Positions 25,570 to 32,000 of a stretch of DNA of 32,000 bases are shown in pieces. The position numbers were made by a program, and so were the translations under genes. This DNA is from Bdellovibrionales bacterium (GTDB lineage Bacteria > Bdellovibrionota > Bdellovibrionia > Bdellovibrionales > UBA1609). The notes beneath the pieces are model-generated. The model did no database searches and had not been told where the DNA came from. It saw only the letters and a program-made list of their open reading frames with translations. Position 1 is the first letter of the stretch. Every line of letters starts with the position of its first letter. The stretch lies in assembly GCA_965247685.1 (NCBI GenBank), contig OZ252021.1:1230001-1262000 (forward strand). The letters are read 5' to 3'.

Positions 25570-26922
25570 TTAAAACAGATTAAAAGAGTTCAAAAAGATA
25601 ACCAAAATACCTATAGGAGCAATCACTCCCACAAAACCTTTGATCAAATAAAAGTAAGCTCTATTTTTAATATTCAACGCTTCCAACAGTGTATCTGTTG
25701 GCAATTTATAACCCACATAAAGAGCACATAGCAAACCCCCTAAAGGAAGTAAAACGTTTTGAGATAAATTATCCACAACTCCAAATATGGTCAAAGAAGA
25801 AATAATATGAAAATCGCTCCATATATTAAACGAGAACACCGTTCCTAAACCTAAAAACCAACACACAAAGCCACAACCTATCGCTGCATAAACTCTTTTT
25901 ATTCGATACTGTTCTGTTAAATAAGAAATTATAGGCTCCAATAAAGAAACCGCAGATGTGAGTGCTGCAAAAAGGACTAATAAGAAAAAGAAGGTTCCAA
26001 AAAAAGATCCCGCCGGAAGATGCCCAAACGCCAAAGGTAAAGCCTTAAAAAGCAAACCCACCCCTTCATCTGGTTGAAGTCCTGCTGTAGCAAACACGAT
26101 GGGAAAAATAATCAAACCCATAATCAATGCCACCAACGTGTCCAGCACTACCACTAAACTCACCGTTTCAAAGATAGAGGTTTTCTTAGACAAATAAGAG
26201 CCATAAACCATAATAACCCCCATACCTAAAGACAAAGAAAAGAAGGCCTGTCCCATAGCTGCTAAAACACTAGATGTATGAACATCCTTCCAGTTAAAAG
26301 AAAATAAGAATGTAAAACCTTTACTTATCTCACCAAAAAAAATAGAATAACCCAACAACACAACGAGAAGTAAAAATAAAAGAGGCATAGACCATTTAAT
26401 AAAAAGCTCAAGCCCTCGAGAAATTCCTCTTGCAATAATAAATACATTAATGCCCATAAAGACAGTCAGCCAAAAAATAAGTAGGTAAGGGTTTTGTATC
26501 ATTTGAGAGAAAACACTACTCACCACTTCAGACTGAGCTCCATGAAAAATTCCTTTCCCCATCAGATACACATAGTGCATCACCCAGCCTGCAATCACTG
26601 CATAATAGGAAAGAATCATAAATCCACTTAAAATTCCCATCCACCCAATAAGAGACCATACTCTTGAATTCTTATATCGCTCTCTTAAAATTCGCATGGT
26701 GTGGATAGGACTGCTTTGCCCTAAACGCCCCATTAAAACTTCTGCTATCATCACAGGAAAACTAATAGCCACCACGCAAATAAGGTAAATAACGACAAAA
26801 GCTCCTCCTCCATTTTCACCAGCTATATAGGGAAACTTCCATATATTTCCTAAACCCACTGCAGAACCTGCAGCTGCAAGAATAAAAAACCAACGATTGG
26901 ACCATGATTCACGAGAAATAAT
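25570..26922 (-). CDS. sodium-dependent transporter, SNF/NSS family (LeuT-like)
   Basis: Hallmark GLGNIWKFPYIAGENGGGAF (TM1) with many TM segments. The track ORF starts at GTG 26859, inside TM1. The frame stays open upstream to TGA 26928-26926 and encodes IIISRESWSNRWFFILAAAGSAV, which parallels the LeuT N-terminus as I remember it ([28 protein letters not shown]). The only start candidates are ATT codons at 26925, 26922 and 26919, behind GGAGG at 26933-26929. Confidence 0.88.
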   Translation of the reverse strand: MISRESWSNRWFFILAAAGSAVGLGNIWKFPYIAGENGGGAFVVIYLICVVAISFPVMIAEVLMGRLGQSSPIHTMRILRERYKNSRVWSLIGWMGILSGFMILSYYAVIAGWVMHYVYLMGKGIFHGAQSEVVSSVFSQMIQNPYLLIFWLTVFMGINVFIIARGISRGLELFIKWSMPLLFLLLVVLLGYSIFFGEISKGFTFLFSFNWKDVHTSSVLAAMGQAFFSLSLGMGVIMVYGSYLSKKTSIFETVSLVVVLDTLVALIMGLIIFPIVFATAGLQPDEGVGLLFKALPLAFGHLPAGSFFGTFFFLLVLFAALTSAVSLLEPIISYLTEQYRIKRVYAAIGCGFVCWFLGLGTVFSFNIWSDFHIISSLTIFGVVDNLSQNVLLPLGGLLCALYVGYKLPTDTLLEALNIKNRAYFYLIKGFVGVIAPIGILVIFLNSFNLF

Positions 26923-27150
26923 AATTCACCTCCAAAATCTAAATTAATAAAAGAATCTATCCAAAATAACCACTAAAATAACCAATTATGATAAGTAGTG
27001 TTAAAGTAAATTATTCCTAAATTATGACTTTTTATAAGGCATATAAAGTTTCATGAATTTAACTTTATGTTTATTTTAATTGAACTCGTGTAAATCTAGG
27101 TTTTATCAAATTCTTGTTTAAAGGGAAAAGGGATGAAAGGAATTTTTCAA

Positions 27151-27179
27151 TTGTCATAAGTACCAAAACAGAATATACT
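27151..27179 (+). promoter_or_regulatory. sigma70-like promoter candidate for the zinc-ribbon gene
   Basis: TTGTCA (27151-27156), 17-nt spacer, TATACT (27174-27179), about 55 nt upstream of ATG 27233. Confidence 0.35.
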
Positions 27180-27232
27180 GGTACTATTGGATGGTTTTTA
27201 GATTTTGGGTACAATAAACTAAGGAGGTGTTT

Positions 27233-27442
27233 ATGGAAGGTTTTAATTGGAGATGTACTAAATGTAATCACCATGAATATAAAACTGGCAAGATGGCAGC
27301 TACTGGAGGAGGTTTTTCAAAATACTTCAATGTTCAAAACAAGAAGTTTTCTACAGTGACTTGTTCAAAATGTAAATTTACAGAATTTTATCAAACTTCT
27401 ACCTCTAAATTAGCTAATATTTTCGACTTCTTTAGTGGATAA
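27233..27442 (+). CDS. small zinc-ribbon protein (two CxxC pairs)
   Basis: 69 aa from ATG 27233, preceded by AGGAGG (27222-27227). CTKC ... CSKC with GGGFSKYFN between them. Resembles the small predicted nucleic-acid-binding Zn-ribbon proteins (DUF2082-like, from memory). Confidence 0.65.
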   Translation: MEGFNWRCTKCNHHEYKTGKMAATGGGFSKYFNVQNKKFSTVTCSKCKFTEFYQTSTSKLANIFDFFSG

Positions 27443-27567
27443 AATCACCATCTGAAAAGAGAATAAAATTTTAAAATACATTGAAAAATTTACATCTTTT
27501 CTTCTATAAATTTAATTTTATTAGTATTTTTTAAGAACCTGCTATATGATGCGAACAGGAGTCTTAG

Positions 27568-27861
27568 ATGAAAGCTAGTAAAACCCTTTTGTATATAAAA
27601 AAAATGACTACCATTGATCGATATATTGCTTTGATCTGTATCGGAGTTTTCCTCATCAGCCTTGGGCATATGTTCACTCAATTTCATCAGCAAAAAATGA
27701 TCACAGCTCAAAATCGAAACATGGAGTATAAAAAAATGAGAGTAGGTATTAAAAATATTGAAACATGGAAAAAATATCATGCAGAACAAATCTTTATTAT
27801 GCAACAAATACTTCAAGAGATGAAAAAAGATTCTCATGTCGTCTCTCACTCTCCTATTTGA
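27568..27861 (+). CDS. hypothetical small membrane-anchored protein (97 aa)
   Basis: AGGAG lies 6 nt upstream of ATG 27568. One TM segment (YIALICIGVFLISLGHMF), then a charged helical tail. Same strand as rsmA just downstream. Preferred over the antisense ORF 27490..27849. Confidence 0.45.
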   Translation: MKASKTLLYIKKMTTIDRYIALICIGVFLISLGHMFTQFHQQKMITAQNRNMEYKKMRVGIKNIETWKKYHAEQIFIMQQILQEMKKDSHVVSHSPI

Positions 27862-27904
27862 TAAAAATCTTGTTATAATTTTTCTTTCAACTTACGTAAA
27901 TTCA

Positions 27905-28705
27905 ATGAATAAAATTGAAATTAAAAAAAGACTTAAATCTTTAGGAATTTCTCCTAAAAAATCTTTAGGGCAAAACTTCCTCATTAACCCTTGGGTTTCG
28001 GAGCAAATGGTATCCGAAATTCAAAAACTCAAACCTTCTAAAGTGATTGAAGTCGGCCCTGGATTAGGAAGTCTGACTGAGTTTCTCATAAAAATTAATA
28101 TTCCACTACAACTGATAGAGTTGGACGCTCAACTTGCCCAATTTTGGAAGAAGAAAAATTTAGATGTATTAGAAACTCATGCACTAAAAATTAATTCAGA
28201 GCACTTCCCTGCTCATTCTACTTTAGTCGGAAACCTCCCCTATCATATCTCAAATCGATTGATTGTACACTCCTCCATTGAATGGCCTAAAGTAAACTCT
28301 ATGGTTTTAATGGTTCAAAAAGAAACGGCAGAGCGTATGCTTTCACCTTCAGGTCAAAAAAGCTTCAGCTCTTTATCTGTCATCACTCAATATGTATGGA
28401 ATATGAAAAAACTTCTTTCGATTCCGGCTTCTGATTATTACCCTTCTCCAAAGGTAGACGGATGTGTCTTAATTTTTAAAAGAAAACCTCAAGCTCCTGT
28501 TTCGATCTCTCCTTTTTATTCTTTTGTGAAATTATGTTTTATTCAAAAAAGAAAAATTCTACTCAAAAAACTAAAGAACCAATTTGGAGAAAAAATCCCT
28601 TCCATTTTTAATGAGATTCAAATTCCACCCACTGCGAGAGCTGAAGAATTATCTGTTGAGAAATTTATAGATTTATACCAAAGGATTCAAACTCTACAAA
28701 AATAG
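27905..28705 (+). CDS. rsmA: 16S rRNA (adenine1518/1519-N6)-dimethyltransferase
   Basis: KKSLGQNFL, SAM motif VIEVGPGLGSLT, GNLPYHIS. I chose ATG 27905 (MNKIEIKKRLKSLG...) rather than the track start 27836. Confidence 0.92.
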   Translation: MNKIEIKKRLKSLGISPKKSLGQNFLINPWVSEQMVSEIQKLKPSKVIEVGPGLGSLTEFLIKINIPLQLIELDAQLAQFWKKKNLDVLETHALKINSEHFPAHSTLVGNLPYHISNRLIVHSSIEWPKVNSMVLMVQKETAERMLSPSGQKSFSSLSVITQYVWNMKKLLSIPASDYYPSPKVDGCVLIFKRKPQAPVSISPFYSFVKLCFIQKRKILLKKLKNQFGEKIPSIFNEIQIPPTARAEELSVEKFIDLYQRIQTLQK

Positions 28706-28817
28706 ATCTTAATACGTCTTAAAACATAAAATAGCATCAAATCTTTAGGTATAAAAAAACTTTACTTTCATATTCCATATAGAGTACCTTTAATTTTTAT
28801 AACATGAGAGTTGAACT

Positions 28818-29624
28818 ATGAAAACCTATACTCAAAAAAAACTTCAGAATAAAAAAAAATCTCAGAGCTCCGTTTCTTCAAGAAAGAAAAACTTAAAACC
28901 TGAAAATAAAATACGACTGAATCATTTTATTGCTAAGTACACAAACTTCTCTCGAAGACAAGCGGATCAACTTATCAAAAATAATAAAATCCGTGTGAAC
29001 AGTCATAAAGTTCAATCCCTGTCCACCCTTGTAGAAGTTCACAAAGATCAAGTAAAAGTGAACACCAAAATGGTTCGTCCTTTTACTCAACCTATTTATA
29101 TCGCCTTTCATAAACCTGAAAAAACTCTCACCACCACAGATGATCCTAAAAATAGAATGACTATCTTTCATTACTTTAGAAGGTTAAAAGTAAAAGTGTT
29201 TGCGGTGGGTCGATTGGATTGGAATACTGAAGGGCTCATTCTTTTAACTAACGACGGAGATCTCGCACACCGAGTGATGATGCCTCAATTTAAAATTCCA
29301 AAAACTTATATCGCTCAACTCAATAATAAAATTAAAGAAAGTCAAATTCAAAAACTCAAAAGAGGCGTAAGCATACCAAAAGGCGGACGTGTCAAAGCTT
29401 TATCTCTTCATCCTCGATCTGGAACATGGGTAAAAATTGTAATCACAGAAGGAAAAAATAAACAACTTCACTATATGTTCGAAAAAGTGGGGCTCAGTAT
29501 AAAAAGACTTAAACGAACAGCTCTTGGAGGGCTAGCACTCGGCTCGCTGAAAAAAGGAGAAGCAAAATACTTAACAAATAAAGAAATCGAGAAAGTTTTT
29601 AATCTACCGAAAAGATCTTTTTAA
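28818..29624 (+). CDS. rluB: pseudouridine synthase, RsuA/RluB family, with N-terminal S4 domain
   Basis: Lys-rich N-terminal tail, S4-like RLNHFIAKYTNFSRRQADQLIKNNKIRVN, catalytic VGRLDWNTEGLILLTNDG, KTYIAQL. Confidence 0.85.
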   Translation: MKTYTQKKLQNKKKSQSSVSSRKKNLKPENKIRLNHFIAKYTNFSRRQADQLIKNNKIRVNSHKVQSLSTLVEVHKDQVKVNTKMVRPFTQPIYIAFHKPEKTLTTTDDPKNRMTIFHYFRRLKVKVFAVGRLDWNTEGLILLTNDGDLAHRVMMPQFKIPKTYIAQLNNKIKESQIQKLKRGVSIPKGGRVKALSLHPRSGTWVKIVITEGKNKQLHYMFEKVGLSIKRLKRTALGGLALGSLKKGEAKYLTNKEIEKVFNLPKRSF

Positions 29625-30053
29625 ATGTCTCTCCATTTCTCTTTTTTGACTTTTCTTTTTCGATGATTCTCTTTTGTCCCACTTCTTTTTCCCTTGAGCA
29701 ATAGCAATTTCTAATTTTGCTTTACCTTTTTTTAAATATATTTTTACAGGAATACAAGTGAGTCCTTTTTTTTGCAAAGCTCCTTGAATTTTATTAATTT
29801 CATGAACATTCAAAAGAAGTTTACGAAGCCGCTCCGGATGATGATTATTAATATTCGCCGGCCGATAAGGACTAATGTGCGCCTTTTGCAGATAACACTC
29901 ATTTTTTCTCAAAGCGATATAGGAATCCTTCAACTGACATCCTCCCTCACGAAGAGATTTAATTTCAGTTCCTTTAAGGACTAAACCCGCTTCAAACTTA
30001 TCAACAAGTGTATACTCAAATCGAGCTTTTTTATTTACAGCCAACACTTTCAA
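29604..30053 (-). CDS. smpB: SsrA(tmRNA)-binding protein
   Basis: 149 aa. NKKARFEY, FEAGLVLKGTEIKSLR, RKLLL, basic C-terminal tail. Collinear with E. coli SmpB as I remember it. Overlaps the 3' end of rluB by 21 nt, convergently. Confidence 0.95.
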   Translation of the reverse strand: MKVLAVNKKARFEYTLVDKFEAGLVLKGTEIKSLREGGCQLKDSYIALRKNECYLQKAHISPYRPANINNHHPERLRKLLLNVHEINKIQGALQKKGLTCIPVKIYLKKGKAKLEIAIAQGKKKWDKRESSKKKSQKREMERHLKRSFR

Positions 30054-30166
30054 TTTCTTATTCTCCTTACATATTCTTATTAGACTTATCGGTAGATCAA
30101 AAAAAAATATGTTGAAAGATTTTATAACTATGATAGAGTCCCTTTTTATTCAAAACAAGAATAACT

Positions 30167-32000
30167 ATGAAGAAATATCCTATTCACCTCCCTCAAACAT
30201 CATTTCCTATGAGAGGTCAATTGCTTCAAAAGGAACCTGAGTATATTCAATTCTGGCAAAAAGAGTCTATACACGATAAAGTTCAGAAAAAATATAAAGG
30301 CAACACTCCTTTAAATTTCATTGATGGCCCTCCTTATGCGAACGGACGCATCCACCTTGGCACTGCTTTAAATAAACTTCTAAAAGATATGCTCATGAAA
30401 CAAGCGTGGCTTTTTGGACGACCCTGCGCTTTTACTCCTATATGGGATTGCCACGGTCTTCCGATTGAATTGAGGGCGTTGAAAAAAACAAAAAGCCGTG
30501 AACCCCAAGAAGTTCGAAAAACTTGCCGTAATGAAGCTCAAAAGTGGATTCAAATTCAAGAAGAGCAATTTCAAAGACTGGGGGTCATTGCAGATTGGAA
30601 AAATAAAATTCTCACAATGAATGCCTACTATGAAGCTGAAGAAATTCGAGTCATAGCTCGATTAAACGACAAAAAACTTCTTTATAGAGGAAAAAGACCT
30701 ATTCATTGGTGCATGAAACTTCAAACGGCTGTCGCTATATCTGAAGTGGAGTATTATCCTCGTAAAAGCCCTGCAGTGGATGTGAAATTTGAAGTTTTAA
30801 ATTCTCAACCTAAAAATAAAACTGTACTTCCCCCTTCTACTTCCTTTGTCATCTGGACCACTACACCTTGGACTCTTCCAGCAAACCAAGCGATTTGTCT
30901 TCACCCCGAAATGGATTATGGTTTATATGAATCCGGCAAAGAGCATTTGATTATTGCATCTTATTTTCATAAAGCTTTTCAAAAAAGATGCACTTTAAAA
31001 CTTAAACTTAAGAAACAATTTAAAGGACAAGACTTTGAGTTTTTAATGTACAAACATCCTTTTTACGAAAGAATTTCACCTGTGATTTTAGGAACTCATG
31101 TCACTCAAGAAGCAGGAACAGGTTGTGTGCATACAGCTCCAGGACACGGTGCTGAAGACTTTATTATTGGAAAAAAATATAACATCCCCGCCACTTGTCC
31201 TGTCGATAAAAAAGGACAGTTCACGAATGAAGTTCCAGAATACGAAGGACAAAATGTTTTAAAGTGCAACGAACTTATTGTTGAAAGGCTTAAGAAATCT
31301 TCACATTTTTTACACGAAGAAGAAATCGAGCACAGCTATCCCCACAATCCACGATCTAAAACCCCTCTCATTTTCCGATTAACTGATCAGTGGTTTTTAA
31401 AATTTGACCACCCTTCACTTCCTATTCGTGAAACAGCTCTTAAAGAAATTCAAAAAATAAAATTCATTCCAGCTTGGAGTCAAAATAGATTAAAAGCTAT
31501 GATTCAAGAAAGCCCCGACTGGTGTCTCAGCCGCCAGAGAATGTGGGGAGTTCCTATCCCCGTTTTCTACTGCAAAAAATGCTCCCAACCATGGCTGAAC
31601 TCTTCTTTTATGAATGATCTTGCAGACTCTATGGAAAATGAAGGTATCGAGTATTATTTTTCTAGAAGCGTGGAAGAACTGATCCCCTCTGGGACTCAAT
31701 GTGAAAAGTGCTCCAGTAAAGAATGGAGCAAAGGAGAAGATATATTGGATGTGTGGCTGGATAGTGGTATTTGCCATACAGTCATACAAAAGTTAAAAAA
31801 TATCTTTCCTGCAGATATTTATTTTGAAGGAAGCGATCAACATCGTGGTTGGTTTCAAACAAGCCTTAATTCTTCCATTGCTCTTCATCAAAAAAGCCCC
31901 TTTAAAACACTTATTACCCATGGTTTTCTTTATGACATAGAGAAAAGAAAAATGAGTAAAAGTTTAGGAAATATTATTTCTCCAGAAGAAATTATTAAAC
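30167..32000 (+). CDS. ileS: isoleucyl-tRNA synthetase, N-terminal ~611 codons (gene runs off the right edge)
   Basis: ATG 30167, open to the window end, so it is not in the ORF track. FIDGPPYANGRIHLGT (HIGH region), WTTTPWTLPAN, GTGCVHTAPGHGAEDF, WCLSRQRMWGVPIP, KMSKS at about 31949-31963. Confidence 0.95.
   Translation, partial: MKKYPIHLPQTSFPMRGQLLQKEPEYIQFWQKESIHDKVQKKYKGNTPLNFIDGPPYANGRIHLGTALNKLLKDMLMKQAWLFGRPCAFTPIWDCHGLPIELRALKKTKSREPQEVRKTCRNEAQKWIQIQEEQFQRLGVIADWKNKILTMNAYYEAEEIRVIARLNDKKLLYRGKRPIHWCMKLQTAVAISEVEYYPRKSPAVDVKFEVLNSQPKNKTVLPPSTSFVIWTTTPWTLPANQAICLHPEMDYGLYESGKEHLIIASYFHKAFQKRCTLKLKLKKQFKGQDFEFLMYKHPFYERISPVILGTHVTQEAGTGCVHTAPGHGAEDFIIGKKYNIPATCPVDKKGQFTNEVPEYEGQNVLKCNELIVERLKKSSHFLHEEEIEHSYPHNPRSKTPLIFRLTDQWFLKFDHPSLPIRETALKEIQKIKFIPAWSQNRLKAMIQESPDWCLSRQRMWGVPIPVFYCKKCSQPWLNSSFMNDLADSMENEGIEYYFSRSVEELIPSGTQCEKCSSKEWSKGEDILDVWLDSGICHTVIQKLKNIFPADIYFEGSDQHRGWFQTSLNSSIALHQKSPFKTLITHGFLYDIEKRKMSKSLGNIISPEEIIK

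Noticed and set aside
27071-27359. Track ORFs 27071..27274(-) and 27114..27359(+)
   Set aside because: They lie in or overlap the AT-rich intergenic or promoter region and the out-of-frame start of the zinc-ribbon gene. They have no SD and the sequences are implausible.
27490-27849. Minus-strand ORF of 119 aa
   Set aside because: It is antisense to a plus-strand ORF that has an SD, a TM segment and co-orientation with rsmA. Its product is rich in Phe, His and Cys, as expected from translating AT-rich antisense sequence.
30054-30166. tmRNA (ssrA) next to smpB, or a T-box/leader upstream of ileS
   Set aside because: The divergent intergenic region is only 113 bp and AT-rich. It has no GGGG...tRNA-like ends and no specifier or T-box-like structure. 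No ssrA-like sequence was noticed elsewhere in the window.

Overview
AT-rich, tightly packed chromosomal segment of about 30 genes. It uses the standard bacterial code and has several ATGA/TAATG coupling overlaps. The host is a diderm bacterium: TolC-like OMF plus RND pump, a beta-barrel ending in Phe, and a lipobox M23 peptidase. The low GC, a tandem DUF507-like pair, an NFU1-type NifU protein and a very long coiled-coil protein would fit a Bdellovibrionota/Oligoflexia-type organism, but that is a guess. Backbone genes: a minus-strand run lepA, lepB-like, lepB, pyrB, carA; then M23 peptidase, OMF-RND pair, class A PBP, Nfu, tRNA-Ser(GGA), SNF-family Na+ symporter, rsmA, rluB-like, smpB, and ileS running off the right edge. 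I saw no integrase, transposase, reverse transcriptase, CRISPR array or recognisable defence/toxin gene, and I cannot name a complete multi-gene novel system. Items most worth a second look: (1) the 3' end of tRNA-Ser is triplicated and bounds two tandem 206-bp units (att-like, CIME-like accretion) that contain conserved hairpins; (2) a 1249-aa orphan protein (Cys-rich, hydrophobic core, modular repeats) with nested near-identical DNA repeats; (3) a signal-peptidase paralog in the lepA operon with both catalytic dyad positions substituted plus a ~105-aa insertion; (4) an exported 563-aa protein with a caspase-like His/Cys strand pattern and a helical-repeat tail; (5) an SNF transporter whose conserved TM1 can only be included by starting at an ATT codon behind a perfect Shine-Dalgarno. 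All homology calls are by-eye motif recognition; no searches were run.
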